A DNA stretch of 64,000 nucleotides from contig NMRA01000020.1 in NCBI GenBank assembly GCA_002633005.1, forward strand, positions 608,673 to 672,672. Reading direction: 5' to 3'. The position numbers and the translations under genes were made by a program. A model generated the notes under the pieces. That model did not search any database and was not told the DNA's origin. It saw nothing but the letters and a program-made list of their open reading frames with translations. Within the stretch, counting starts at the first letter, position 1. Each line of letters begins with the position of its first letter. The DNA is from Phoronis australis (lineage: Eukaryota; Animalia; Phoronida). This document shows, piece by piece, positions 38,601-50,500 of this stretch.

Positions 38601-41599
38601 ATGGATGTAGAATCGTGTTTTGGCAAGAAGTATGAGACTGAATTTATGACAGTTAAATGTTCCACAGGGTGTAATGCAGCTTTAAAATAGGAAAGAGTTA
38701 CATCACCTGGAGGAAAGCCAATGAGTTTGGTGTTGGTTTTTGACTAGCATACAAATTCCTCGTTTTCTTTAAGACATTTTGCCACTGTTAATTACTGTTC
38801 GCCTCGCCCTAATAACTGTGTAGTATACTTAGTGAAGCGACATTAACGGCTTAGTGAAAAGTCCTCGTCTTGTTTCTGCATTTTCTGGCATTGACTAAAA
38901 CAAAATGGCCATCTCAGTGTTTAAAAATAGCGTTGCACTCCGGTTTCGTGTGTCAGTGCTGTACCCCAGTACAAAAACGTTAATTACCGATATTCTACCT
39001 CCATTTGCCCCTCTATGTACCGAATCGCTAAACGAATCGTGAAAATTGGGAAATGTGTTCTTACTGACTGTAGCAAGACTGACATTCATTGATTTTCAGA
39101 TGTTTCTGACTTCTGTGGTGCCCCCTACTGTCATTTTGTTATGCACCTGCGACTGTATCTCCTAAACCCCTTGTAGGATTTTTGTGAAATTTGACAAAAT
39201 GCATCTCTATGAACGTGACAACGTATGACCACTTCTCTCGAATGAATGTGACTACCACTGTGCCTCCTGGTGATAGTTTTATTTTTTTACAGTTGCCTTT
39301 ACAACTTCAAAGTTCATAGACAGATTTTCATGAAATTTAACAAACGCAATAGATTTCCATAACAAATATGACGGTGCCTTTCCATTTTCAGACGAGCTCT
39401 ATGTATTGTGCGCCATCCAGTGACCATTTTTTGTAATAAACACCTGGGTTGCATTTGTTTTGCAGTCGTGAATGCATTTCAACGCTTAAGATTGCTCTTC
39501 TGCTAGAAACAAAATTTTGAAAGGAACAGGTTACTGATAATAAGTGGAGGTGCAAATGTCATTGGAGAATTGAATTATTAGTTGAGATAACACCAACATT
39601 GACTTTCTTCTCGAAGTGCTGTTCCCTATGGTTACAAAAGACTTTGAGACTACCTGTGTCAGCATCTTGTCTATAATGTCTGGCCCCACTTTTGATCTGT
39701 GGACAAAATTTGCTAGATATTGGCTGATCAGTGAAGTAAGACCATAAAACGTGAATGGCTTTAAAGACTAATATAATCATATAATGAGTAATTTGATAAT
39801 TGTACAGTGTGCAAAAACTTTCTTAGTGGACATATTGCTCAGTGCAAAACTAAGAGAGAAAATAATTTATTTTTTCAAAGAAGCAACTGGATTTCCAGTA
39901 TCATTACTGAGAAATGCTATGATCGAAAAGGTCGAAAATTATCTAAAAAGTGGCGCATGTCAGCTGAGCAAGTGACAGAAAATTTTTTTGGCTAAATAGT
40001 TTTTCATAAGGTTTCCTAATTTCAACCACTAGATGTTGTTCAATTTAAAAAAAAAAATGTCGCTATACCTGCGTTCCACCCACGAAGCAAAATTGTGACT
40101 TGGATCAGTTGCCGCTATGAAAAGGGTGTTGATTAGATCCTTACTGGTATGACAAGCAATTTCTTAATTAGCAAAGAACTGACCAGATGATATTTGCTGA
40201 GACCATGCTCAGCACAATATGACACGTCGTGCCGAGCCAACCCATAGAGCCTGATGTCTAGCAGTCAAGAGACTGTCAAGTCTTTTGAAACGCTGGAATC
40301 ATTTGCAAATTGATTAGCAATGGGAACAATTTGGCTTTACAAGTTGGCTTGTCGCGGTGTGCTATTTTATGCTCCAACCTTTGTTTCATGGAAACCCATA
40401 AATATCACTTCTTATCTGAGTACGGAGTTGTGACAGAATGCATGTTTAAATCACAGGATCACTTATGGCAACATGCCTGCATTCCAGCCCAAAAAAAAAA
40501 CAGCTTGATTTAGACCATCAGAATGGAAAGACTTGATCGGTGTTTATTGCTCGAGACCAGCCTTGATAATTTCGCTTGGAGGGTGGAACACAGATTTACG
40601 GCTGCTTTAACTGCTAGCTGTTAAGTGAAGCTGATGCACTGTGCTTTTACCAAGAGTTTGTGAAAACATATACGACAAATGCATCGGGATGATTTCAGTT
40701 GTGCAGCTTTACCCATGGCAAAATAGTGTCGGTTTTTGACAGTCCACCAACCATGATTTTACTGACAGTGGTGAACATCTATTGACCATGTTCTCCCTGT
40801 TGTTAGAACTCATGTTTCTGATGTCTGACCCATATTCATCTTTTTGCAGACTCTTACAATAATGCACACTAACTCCAAGCAGTGTCTCGACACACCCAAA
40901 CCAAATGAACCTAATGTGCCATCTCTTGGTGAGTTTTAAAACTACTAGGTCACTGAATACTATGCCAGTGTCCATATCATGTATTGAATTTTTTACACTG
41001 CCAGGACTTAATAGTTGATGTGTTCTATGCTTATCATAAATGTCTTTTAAAACAAAAAATGCGGAGTCCCAGATGAACAAATTGGTAAATGATTGAAGGG
41101 TCATAAGTTGGTTGAACTGCTGTCATTGAGTTTAAAGTGAAGGTGTGTACAGCATATCCAAGGGTCACAGCTAGTTTATTGGAACACAGTGCATTTCATT
41201 GTCAAGTCTTGTTCCTATTTAATTCTGCACTTGTTTTAATAATTGAGGCACTGATTAAAAATGAGGCAAGTTTTCTTTAAATTTTTTTCGTTGTTTTTTG
41301 TGGTGGTGGGACATTTTTGAGATGTTGAATTGTTTCAAATGTTTTTCATTTTTGTTAAACTGCAGAGTCATTAGCCCCAAAAGTATTAAGTCTTATTTTA
41401 AGCTACAGTGACAGCTGTTATTGTCATGATGTTAAAATTGAAACACCCGGCTCACGTTTGTGTATGAAATTAAAGTATTCTCATCTTCTGTTGACTTTTA
41501 ACTGTTTTTCACTCATCCAAGACATTTTTTCCAGGACCCTGCAATGGAAGCCCATCACAGCAGTGGATCTTGTCCGACATGGACTGGAACAAGATGTAG
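11477..41599 (+). CDS. GALNT1: Polypeptide N-acetylgalactosaminyltransferase 1/13-like (GalNAc-T, GT27), whole spliced gene span; 13 exon positions, 2 of them duplicated
   Basis: Exons join in consistent phase with GT-AG boundaries: 199+172+170+105+103+171+118+181+140+99+135+79+65 = 1737 nt (578 aa + stop). N-terminal TM anchor, FHNEAW, DAH (DxH), WGGENLE, VGHVFRK and three ricin-type CLD/QxW repeats. Assignment to the GALNT1/13 subfamily is from recalled similarity. Confidence 0.95.
12391..12640 (+). repeat. Minisatellite, 25-bp unit x10
   Basis: caactcatgtcttgggcaatgcata in tandem. Confidence 0.95.
13160..15435. mobile_element. Helentron-associated (HINE/DINE-like) repeats, probably two adjacent copies
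   Basis: 5' tttatgcgcccac..ggacgcat subterminal IR; 3' gtgggcgcat..ttgcgttgctcttgt; same architecture as 28277-29705. Confidence 0.55.
15893..16018 (+). CDS. GALNT1: Candidate cassette exon in GALNT stem region (42 aa)
   Basis: Pyrimidine tract ending tctag|, 126-nt open frame in phase 1-1 ([42 protein letters not shown]), donor ATAG|gtact; GC-richer than the flanking intron. Confidence 0.6.
16718..16830 (+). repeat. Pyrimidine-rich minisatellite (~22-bp unit)
   Basis: ttcccatttcacagctccctcc repeated about 4 times. Confidence 0.85.
18143..18560. mobile_element. MITE (PIF/Harbinger-like termini)
   Basis: ggcctgttgcatgaaacgg ... ctgtttcatacaaccggg imperfect TIRs. Confidence 0.55.
21030..21303 (+). 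repeat. Minisatellite, 19-bp unit x~14 (source of the spurious six-frame ORFs here)
   Basis: catgtatgtatggttgtgc and catacatgtgtggttgtgc variants. Confidence 0.95.
21517..22240. mobile_element. HINE-like repeat copy
   Basis: tttatgctcccac..atgggtgcat start; internal ccacctagtgg/gactac units shared with 28277-29705 and 39100-39500. Confidence 0.5.
22360..22531 (+). CDS. GALNT1: GALNT exon (GPGEMG...NRSLPDYR)
   Basis: ttacag|CC...GAGCA|gtgagt; conserved GPGEMG and [14 protein letters not shown]. Confidence 0.95.
22683..24115. mobile_element. Tc1/mariner-pogo (Tigger-like) non-autonomous element
   Basis: TIRs CCGTATTCGCCGTAGTAACCGCCCA / TGGGCAGTTATTACGGCGAATACGG, TA target duplication, internal ataagcgccc motifs. 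Confidence 0.85.
25169..25338 (+). CDS. GALNT1: GALNT exon ([15 protein letters not shown]...VDDAS)
   Basis: tttcag|G...CGAG|gtagg; GT1 motif. Confidence 0.96.
25860..26275 (+). repeat. Degenerate minisatellite, ~34-bp unit x~12
   Basis: gtgaaccataacattatgctagcaccatctatag-like units ending ~35 nt before the 26309 exon. Confidence 0.85.
26309..26413 (+). CDS. GALNT1: GALNT exon ([10 protein letters not shown]...RSGLIRARL)
   Basis: ttgtag|AT...ACAG|gtaagt; GLIRARL motif. Confidence 0.95.
26829..26931 (+). CDS. GALNT1: GALNT exon with DxH metal-binding motif ([16 protein letters not shown])
   Basis: gtgtag|GT...GACAG|gtaaat. Confidence 0.96.
27084..27254 (+). CDS. GALNT1: GALNT exon ([10 protein letters not shown]...[12 protein letters not shown])
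   Basis: tttcag|G...CTCAG|gtgtgt; a duplicated alternative donor lies at 27275. Confidence 0.95.
27738..27855 (+). CDS. GALNT1: GALNT exon ([11 protein letters not shown]...[11 protein letters not shown]), Gal/GalNAc-T motif
   Basis: ttgtag|G...TTCAGG|gtgcgt, 118 nt. Confidence 0.96.
28277..29705. mobile_element. HINE/Helentron-like element spanning the N gap
   Basis: atgcgcccac (28279-28288) with short IR gtggacgcat, (gtcc)n microsatellite, and distal gtgggcgcat (29671-29680) followed by ttgctcttgtt. Confidence 0.7.
29802..29982 (+). CDS. GALNT1: GALNT catalytic exon, alternative copy A (canonical: [19 protein letters not shown])
   Basis: accag|ATC...CCAG|gttag, 181 nt, phase 0-1. Confidence 0.95.
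30422..30602 (+). CDS. GALNT1: GALNT catalytic exon, alternative copy B ([19 protein letters not shown])
   Basis: aacag|GTG...CCAG|gttcg, 181 nt, same phases as copy A, no stop or indel. Confidence 0.92.
33301..33440 (+). CDS. GALNT1: GALNT exon ([29 protein letters not shown]), catalytic-lectin linker
   Basis: cgccag|GC...GGAACA|gtgagt, 140 nt. Confidence 0.96.
33591..33648 (+). repeat. (TG)n-type microsatellite
   Basis: tgtgtgtgtg..tgcgtgcatgcgtgtgtg. Confidence 0.9.
34396..34494 (+). CDS. GALNT1: GALNT lectin alpha repeat exon (CLDSMGRK...CHGMGGNQ)
   Basis: tttcag|ATA...AACCAG|gtatt, 99 nt. Confidence 0.95.
35157..35291 (+). CDS. GALNT1: GALNT lectin beta repeat exon, alternative copy A (CIDVS...[10 protein letters not shown])
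   Basis: tgccag|ATT...CGGCAG|gtttgt, 135 nt, phase 0-0. Confidence 0.94.
35867..35992 (+). CDS. GALNT1: GALNT lectin beta repeat exon, alternative copy B ([42 protein letters not shown])
   Basis: Branch point cactaac 35822-35828, pyrimidine tract, cttcag|ATT...CGACAG|gtagt; 126 nt, phase 0-0; aligns with copy A (IFSY, DD.CI, CH, QW.Y.RQ). Confidence 0.85.
37365..37482 (-). mobile_element. Possible decayed tRNA-derived SINE
   Basis: Minus strand reads ggcagagtggc...aaagtcgtgggtgcaagactcac, resembling degenerate A/B boxes. Confidence 0.35.
37527..37674. mobile_element. Short MITE (CAGGGGTGGATCCAG ... CTAAATCCGCCACTG)
   Basis: Imperfect TIRs, G/C runs, 5-bp flanking duplication ATCAC. Confidence 0.75.
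40850..40928 (+). CDS. GALNT1: GALNT lectin gamma repeat exon ([16 protein letters not shown]...)
   Basis: ttttgcag|ACT...CTTG|gtgagt, phase 0-1, CLD motif. Confidence 0.9.
41535..41599 (+). CDS. GALNT1: GALNT terminal coding exon ([21 protein letters not shown])
   Basis: tttccag|GA CCC TGC ... CAG TGG ... TAG; final C-x-QQW motif. Confidence 0.9.
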
Positions 41600-44500
41600 T
41601 TGATAGCATTGCCATTGGGTCTTAGTGTTTATTCTTGGAACATTTAATGAATTATTGGTTTAAGCTTTCTCTGGCCAAGGATTGCAGAAGTGGTTGGGAA
41701 AGCACAACTCTTAAGCTTCATGAACAAAGGTGTGTCAAGTGCTATGTTTGTAAGTTGTCAATTTCTACTTAATGATCCACGTAGCTGACAATTGTGATTT
41801 AAGATGTGTAATAAGCAGGCTAGGCAAAAATTCTTTGTTTGACTTAATATAGTGTCTGTCAGTGGCTGAAGACTGAATGGGTGACCTTCAGAAAGCAGTT
41901 GGGGCTCATCACTGTGTACTAGTGACTGGCTGTAGCTGGAGGGGGAAAGTCCCTTTCACAATGTATGGGATTAGATGTGATGGGTTTTAAGTAGAAACTA
42001 TAAAATGTCTCCTCGTCCGCTAGTTGCCACTGGTATCCAGCCCCATCTGATCATTCGGCATGCTGATATTTGAAAGTCTCCCATAAAGGTTTTGTGCTTC
42101 GGGGGGAAAAGTGCTGTAGTTTCTTTTGTAATCGCCATGTGAATTGAGTGTGGTAATCAAGCTTTGTCTCTTAGTCTTGTAGTCACCAGTACTTTGGGAC
42201 ATGAGCGATGAATGCATCTGGAAGTGAGTTCTTCTAAAGCTGATGTAGTGGACTGTAAATTGTATGTACCTGCCTTTGCTTTCAAGCCAGTGCGTATTAG
42301 AGGATATCTCAATGGTTGAATATACCACATCTCTTGTTGTATAGATTTGTTTTGTATTCTGAATACAGACAGTTGTACTTAAGTTGATTTTGGTTGAGGG
42401 GTTGTGTTTATTGTTAGGCTCAGTTGACATGAGCCATCCTTACCTCGCTCATGGATTGTTCTTCAGTGTGGTTTTTACCAAAAGAAATGGCCTTGTAGTT
42501 AGGTAATAGAATCCCAACTTGACCGTCACAGTACTGTAGAGTTCTGCACTTTGATGTACTACAGTATTTTGCACTTTACTTTACTGCACTGTTATGTACT
42601 TTATTAGTGGGCTGTGTGGCACTTGTGCATTTTCTGGGGGCGTTTCCTCACAAAAACAGTGTTGGCGTGTAGATTGAGTATTGTTTTGGTACTCATTTTA
42701 AGATGTCTGGGGAGTTATTGTACTCTTGACTGGTTGGAATACATCTCGTCATTTATACTATTTGGACATTGACGTTGTCAGTGCTGTCTTGTCCTTGGGC
42801 TATGCAAGAATCCTAGTTTTGGATTCGCACTAGGCACTGCACACCATGTTTTGCTTCAAGACATGGTTTTGTTAGAGGCAAAAGTTACAGATCGAGTTGA
42901 TGTTACGTGCCATCTCCAATCTTTGGTGTCTCCCTATTGGCAGCACTGACCTAGTACCTCTATTCGTAATCTCTAGCAAAATTGTATTTGACTGTTAGTG
43001 AGTTAAATGATGTTCCATTGTGTGTGTGAGAGAGAAAATTGCTGCTTTTTACTTGAAGTCACTGGCTGTAGTAGGTTGTTGTAGTTACTGGTACAGAGCA
43101 GTTGGTGAACATGGAGGATTGTTGAGCTGTGTTCACGTTACGAGTTGTCTAGATACAGCAACACGGTGATTAACTGATCTGGCGCAAGTGATTGTCTGGA
43201 CGAAAATTAATTTGCGGATGCAGCTTGAGAGTGATGCGTCAGTTTACCCCACCCTTTCAAGGTGGTCACCGGACACCCTGCCATGTTGTTTCATGGCATG
43301 CTGTGGAGATAACAGTGTGAACCAAGAATAGTTGGCAGCTTGTACCACTTCATCCACAATTTCCTTTCCCAACACCACAGGTGAGCAGAGCCACTTGTTA
43401 AGACTTTAGCCCAGTCTCTGATGGTGTCCGTGTGATCCATGTGCAGCACAGTCAAGTTGCGCCAGGTCAATTTGCTGCTTAGACACTTCATCGGGTATTT
43501 CCGATGCCATTTTACTTAAACGCTTGAATAAGACTTACCTACTTGTATTAAATATAGCAGTGAATAGTTGTTTTGTCAAATAGAATTGAAGCAACGGTCA
43601 ATAGTAGATTGCTGGTATAGTTGAAGTACTGTTGATTGAAATGTGGTAGTCCATCCGTACACATACACTAGTGCCGTGATGCAGTACTATGTCATTGTAT
43701 ATTATATATACACAGGCAGTTGGGGTGATCATAATTTATTATGAAAGATTTTTGTATGAATTTGTGTCAGCCATTTCTATGAATTCGTGTTAACGGTATG
43801 AGATGATGTAAATGGTTGGTAAGAATTCATACAAATAGTCGATATAATTTTTCACGCAGTTTGTTTTAAATCATAATTTATATGATTTGGTATCACTGAG
43901 CATCGATAAATGAACAAAAGAGGTTTTCCGTGATTGATGCCATGAATGTTCATTTATCACCAACCTGATATGAATTCATATCAATTAAAATGGGGGTGGG
44001 ATAGTTGTGGTAGAATAGGTATGAATTATGGTATTTTGAGCACCTGTGAGTTGAACTGGACCGAAATTACCCAGAGGTGTATCTAAGGTTACTTGCCACA
44101 TGTGCCTGAGGTCGTTAGTTGAGGCAGCCACTACTGGGCCTGGGGTCTCATTTTTGAACTCGAAATTGTTGTTGGCATTTTCCGATCTACTTAAGCACAA
44201 GTTCAACCTATCTGTCTACAATTCTATGCTCCCATAAGTTAAAGTAGCTCAAATCTAGCAAACTTGCACTCGTCTGTGTAAACCCTGATGAACTGAAGCA
44301 AGGAAAACTAGATATTTAGCTTGAGTTTCTGTTTAGGTAAGACAGAAAATATATGATTTCGAGTTCTGAGATAATACCCTGGGCCCTGGTCGTTCTTAGG
44401 GCAATATTACACCAAGTGGAAAATGTTGGCAAAAGTAATTTTGACATTGTTTGCCATATGTGTATATATAGTTGATGTGGGGGTAACTGCAATTCAGTCT

Positions 44501-44808
44501 TATGACATTGTATGTAAATATTTTTGGTTATTGTGTGTAAGTCTTGGACCAGATTTGAAGTGACTCTAGGTGCTTGTGAGCTTTAATGGTCAAGGTTTAG
44601 TGCTTTTGGATTATGGTAAGCACGAGAATATAGATTTGGCTCTCAAATCCATAAGGAACCTGCAGCGTGTAAATCAGAATTATCCAGGAGGATATATTTA
44701 TATAATACAGTGGGTAATACTGGATGTTGCGCATTTCGTGCAGGAAAAATGGGATACAGTTACTGTGCATCGTTTGTACATTAAGTGGAGGAAATTGTTA
44801 GTTTTGTC

Positions 44809-44814
44809 AATAAA
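44809..44814 (+). promoter_or_regulatory. Probable poly(A) signal of GALNT (implies a ~3.2 kb 3' UTR)
   Basis: AATAAA followed by a T/GT-rich tract at the end of a T/G-rich region; composition changes after ~44900. Confidence 0.45.
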
Positions 44815-46119
44815 AGTAAAAATTGTGCATTTCACTGCTTTCTTTGCCTATTTGTAGTAAAAACGACTTATTTTCTGTGGTATTTTTTTTTGAGCTCAAA
44901 CCTTTTAAACTTTAAGTGTTAGTCATAACATACACAAACAAACTAATAACCAAATTAATGTTCATGTCTAGCCTCTTTAAAAGTACTCACCGACGTTCCC
45001 TTTCTACTTAGTCCTCTGAGAGCACTAGACAGATAAAAATGTCCTCTCTCCGGAAGTGCTCGCCATTTGCTGCCGTCAGTGTTGTATTGTTAGCCGAAGC
45101 TGTTTGGACATTAAAAGTACTATCGCGCATCCGACCGTTAATTGTTTCTGAATGAGCCAGCATTTCGTATGGTGCAAGCAGTGCGTACATTTCCCATTCC
45201 GCAATTCTAGCGTCAGCCAATTCCTTTAAAATCTGAAGCGTTTTCTCGAGTCTGAGTGTTCTTGTTGGCGACGCACTCAGAATCCTGTCACGGTAATTAG
45301 TACTGTTAGATGGTTGCATGAGGATAACAACAGCTCAATTCGAATTTTGTTTTTTTTGGCCTTGTAAACGGGGCGAAATACAACTTTAAACACTGTGACT
45401 ACTAGAATCGACCAAAAATAGTCGAAGGTGCATTTTTACTGGAAAATGTGTCTGTTTGCTCCCTAACATCAATTTCTTAGAGATTGTTCTAAAACCCCAC
45501 GACCCATTCTACATAAGCTCGACTCCATCTGAACATAGAACAAGCGCTGACTTGCAGGACCAACGAGTTGGGCCGTGAGCTCGACCGGCTGGCATTTCCC
45601 TTTTTTGCTATTAAGAGAGTCGAATTGGAAAATTTGAAAGCCAAAAACAAAACAAAAAAAAACGCGACAAAATCAAATAATGACCTACAAACGTTACAAG
45701 TATGTTCCCGGCATTACATGTATGTAATCGTCTCCTCTGCTCTTCAGTGGATGTCAACTTAAAGCTTTTTTGGCGGGAGAGTGCGAGGAGCCGACGAATA
45801 TGTAATTTTTCAGTAAACACAGTTTGAAAAAACAAAAGGTTAACTAAAAAGTACGTCAACGTTATATGGAATATATTGTAAACGAATATACAACAGAAAG
45901 CAAATAATAAAAATGCAAAATTATGTCCATTCACGTTAACTTTCACCCTAAGTTTAGTAGAGCAGGGCCATTGGTAGCCGCTTACCGTGGAACTATTTCC
46001 ATGACGACGCTAGCACGCTCACAATTCGCTACTTCAGATCATGTTCTGACGCAACTTTATGTTTCAAATCACCAGACTATAGCAAGAGCAGATTCGCGTG
46101 TAGGTAAGTCTTATGGGTA

Positions 46120-47586
46120 AGTCATCAGGTGGACGAGCACACCGACTGGTGTTCCAGTCTCGTATACAGCACGAAAAAAGTCGGGTCACTTAGCGTCTGC
46201 ATCGCCCCCCAGAAGCTTAACAAGAGTCTGAAGCGCTGTCCACAAAAGACACCGACCCTGGAAGAGTTGAATACAGAGTTTGCGGAAGCGAAGTTCTTCA
46301 GCAAACTCGACGCGAAGATTGGATACTGGTCTGTTCACCTCTATAAACAATCCCAAGTCTTGACCACCTGCCATACCCCATTTGGCAGAGTATGTTGGAC
46401 CCGACTTCCATTTGGCCTCAACGTGTATAAAGACATCTTGCAGACAGGACTGGACCAAATTATCGAAGGGCTCAGTGGTGTTGTCAACATGTGGCAGTAT
46501 TTGGTGCCAACGAAGAAAAGCATGATCGCAACCTACGTTGTCTCATGGAAGGATCTGCTCAAACTGGCCCAATATCAAGCTGCTTAGCATTTCCTTCTTC
46601 GGCAACTTGTACACAGACTCCGGAAACAAACCTGATCCTACCAAGATCAGAGACATCCTGAAGATGCCTGCACCTCAGAACAAGGAAGCCCTGCAACGTT
46701 ACGTGGGCATGCTAAACCACCTTTCTCAGTACATTCCCCAATTTGCAGACAAGGCTCTTACACTGCGCAACTTTCTGAAATTGGAAACACTCTGGGTGTG
46801 GGACGAATCATATCAGTATTGTTACGACGAACTCAAGAATCCAGTCTCAACTTATTGCCAGCTGAGTTGTCTTACTACGACCCACGAAAGGCAATTACAC
46901 TCGAGGTTGACGCGTCTCAGGAAGCGTTAGGTGTGGCACTTATTCAATATGGCAAAGCCAGTCGCATCCGGATCTAAGACACTAGGATACTCAAAATATC
47001 GAACGAGAAATTTTAGCCATTCTATATGCCGTACAGAGGTATCACACCAACCTGTATGGAACATATCATTCCTCGTCATAACTGACCATAAGCCGGTGGC
47101 CAGTATATATTTCAAGCCGCTCCACTCAACACCACCACTCACTACAGAAGATGTTACTGCAGATAAAAGGATATAACTTTCAACTAATCAACAGAACATG
47201 TAGCCAGATAACGTAAGCCGATACCAGGAGTAGACTACCAAACCCTGAAAACGGTGAAGCAATCGAGCAAGACAAGGTACGTATTGATGGTGTCAACGTC
47301 AACTTTGACAATCCCCTTGACATCGAAATTAATAGCCATCATAAAAACTTCTCTGACCGGAAAAGAGAGCCACTTAAAGCGGATACCACCCAAGACTCCA
47401 TGCTCAAACTGTCTATCAAGGATGGGCTGACAGTGTGAGGGACGTAGTTAACTTGAAGCAGGCACGTCCATTCTGGGCCTTCAGAGATGAGCTAGCTGTC
47501 GAAACCAGAATCCTGTTTATAGCAAGACAAGTCCTGATACCCGAACAGATGAGAGACGGTATCCAACGACAACTCCACGATGGGAA
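46120..47586 (+). mobile_element. Decayed Ty3/Gypsy pol, 5' part (RT, RNase H, start of integrase)
   Basis: FSKLDAK.GYW, TPFGR..W.RLPFGL, ITDHKP, FWAFRDEL, QLHDG; several frameshifts and stops. Confidence 0.9.
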
Positions 47587-50500
47587 CATAACGCTAAACC
47601 CTCGTGAGAGACTGCCCCGAGTTGGCTGCTGGAGCAACTCGGGGCGGTCTGGGATCAAGCGGAAAAACCACAGGGGTAGATCTGTGGTCGACGAATCTAT
47701 TCGGTCGATTACATTTTATTGCCCGTGAAGCCGCTAAGGGCTGCCTGAAGAAATATGACTCGCGCGTTTGTATTTCGCCTTTTTCAATGACATGTAAAAG
47801 ATTCATCAACAAATTCCTCGTAAAAGTCTGAAAACAAGCGTTTTTCTCCCACGAAAATCGATGAAGTTTTGGCCGAGATATTTCACTTTCGGGTAGCCCT
47901 GCACACTCAGAGAATCGTCACACAAGATTACTACGCGGCAATGCGGTTTCACTGTCAACAAAGGAAGACGTCAAAATCGACTTATAATTGTCATTTTAAA
48001 CTATTTGCATGTTAAATTGTCAAAATGTAAGTAAACTCGTACTCTATATTTAAACAAGAAAACAGCAATTTCATTTTGATGAACATGTCTATAAGGACCT
48101 AACTCGCGCATGGTGGTGAGTAGTGAGTCCGGCCAACACGTGAGGATGGCTGTGTTGTTGTGTTTGCTCTCAACTCAAAAGTAGCCGTTTCAAAATGCAA
48201 GATGGACAGAAAATGCAGGCAGTTGACGAAAACGGCCATTGGAAGGAAGCAATTGAGCGGGGAGTAAATGACAGCGCTGGTAATTCACGTCGGTTTTCCT
48301 GGATGGCCGTCTGAGTTTGACCAGCTCGTCGAGCCGTGATTCGTGAGACGCTGAGCCGATCGACTACGTCGGGCTCGGTACCTGGACCTGGTGAAGAAAA
48401 ACGTAAGTATTTTTTGTCATCCCTTATGCTCGCATGATGCTGTTGGCTGTATAGATAAAGTATACCGTGTTTGCGTGGGATTTTGTGTTCATGAAATTAC
48501 AGACTATNNNNNNNNNNNNNNNNNNNNNNNNNNNNNNNNNNNNNNNNNNNNNNNNNNNNNNNNNNNNNNNNNNNNNNNNNNNNNNNNNNNNNNNNNNNNN
48601 NNNNNNNNNNNNNNNNNNNNNNNNNNNNNNNNNNNNNNNNNNNNNNNNNNNNNNNNNNNNNNNNNNNNNNNNNNNNNNNNNNNNNNNNNNNNNNNNNNNN
48701 NNNNNNNNNNNNNNNNNNNNNNNNNNNNNNNNNNNNNNNNNNNNNNNNNNNNNNNNNNNNNNNNNNNNNNNNNNNNNNNNNNNNNNNNNNNNNNNNNNNN
48801 NNNNNNNNNNNNNNNNNNNNNNNNNNNNNNNNNNNNNNNNNNNNNNNNNNNNNNNNNNNNNNNNNNNNNNNNNNNNNNNNNNNNNNNNNNNNNNNNNNNN
48901 NNNNNNNNNNNNNNNNNNNNNNNNNNNNNNNNNNNNNNNNNNNNNNNNNNNNNNNNNNNNNNNNNNNNNNNNNNNNNNNNNNNNNNNNNNNNNNNNNNNN
49001 NNNNNNNNNNNNNNNNNNNNNNNNNNNNNNNNNNNNNNNNNNNNNNNNNNNNNNNNNNNNNNNNNNNNNNNNNNNNNNNNNNNNNNNNNNNNNNNNNNNN
49101 NNNNNNNNNNNNNNNNNNNNNNNNNNNNNNNNNNNNNNNNNNNNNNNNNNNNNNNNNNNNNNNNNNNNNNNNNNNNNNNNNNNNNNNNNNNNNNNNNNNN
49201 NNNNNNNNNNNNNNNNNNNNNNNNNNNNNNNNNNNNNNNNNNNNNNNNNNNNNNNNNNNNNNNNNNNNNNNNNNNNNNNNNNNNNNNNNNNNNNNNNNNN
49301 NNNNNNNNNNNNNNNNNNNNNNNNNNNNNNNNNNNNNNNNNNNNNNNNNNNNNNNNNNNNNNNNNNNNNNNNNNNNNNNNNNNNNNNNNNNNNNNNNNNN
49401 NNNNNNNNNNNNNNNNNNNNNNNNNNNNNNNNNNNNNNNNNNNNNNNNNNNNNNNNNNNNNNNNNNNNNCTTGACAGTTGCATTTATGTACACGTTGAAG
49501 CCTGGAGAATACAGACTTGATCAGGGCTTGGGATTTCCGTCTTTTAAGAGGAATTCTTTTTTTGGTGTCGATTTTCTCTGATTGGATTTCCAGTTTCCTC
49601 TTTTTATGATTTTTTCGACTTCATTAAATGTTTAGTTCAGGTAAATTTTACATCCAAAAATGTCTATCACCCAAGCCTATTTTTTGTGTATCATACATCA
49701 GCTGGAAATTTCTCCGCTGTTTTTGTTATTGCTCATTCCAATGAGCTATACCAGGGTATAGCTAGCTATACCAGGGTATAGCTCATTGCTCATTCCAAGC
49801 TCTGCTTATTTTTCGTGAAGTAACTAGAATGGATTTCATAACATACCAGTTTATTGTACTGGATTCTTCTTGGGTTTATTAACTGTAAACTAACACTAAT
49901 AGGAGCATAGGATAATAGCCACCCGTCTTAAGTTCGCACAAAAGTAGAGTACAAAATTCCAAACATAATTTCAAGTTCCAATTCCTGGGCCCGGTCTCTA
50001 ATCTTTGTACTCGAAACGAACTCGAAACTATTTTTGGCAATTTCTCTGCTCCTTTTGTGCGAACTTAAGATAACTGGTTATCAGACTGTGCTCGAATACA
50101 TTATAGTTTATGCATAGGAGGTTCTAGCTCAAGTTTGCCCATGAAGACCCTTGTATTCTTGCTACAAACTCGAGTAAAAAAATCGAAATTTCGAGTTCAA
50201 ACTCGAACTTATTGCTTTAATATTGGGTTTACAAACTGTGAACTAGAGGCAATAAATTATCTACGTAAGTTATTGTATACTCGGCCATAGAATAATAGAC
50301 TTTATCGTGAGTTCGCCCAAAAGTAGAGTAGAAAATGCCAAACCTAAATTCGAGTTCCATTTCGAGTAAAAAGATTGGAGACCGGGCCCAGTAAAAAGAT
50401 CAATGACAGGGCCCAGGTATCAATTCCGGTATTTTTGGCACTTAATCATGTTTGAAAGTGTTGTACTGTGTTTGGAAATTTGTTTGAAAGGCTGTTTTTT

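Noticed and set aside
43231-43241. GTGATGCGTCA in the 3' UTR, complementary to the TGACGCATC(AC) motif after both lectin exon donors
   Set aside because: It lies 7-8 kb away beyond two constitutive exons, and one 9-11 bp match over that distance is plausible by chance.
45008-45762. Minus-strand 103-aa ORF and a nearby K/N-rich frame resembling THAP or Crypton remnants
   Set aside because: Similarity too weak to name; no diagnostic motif intact.
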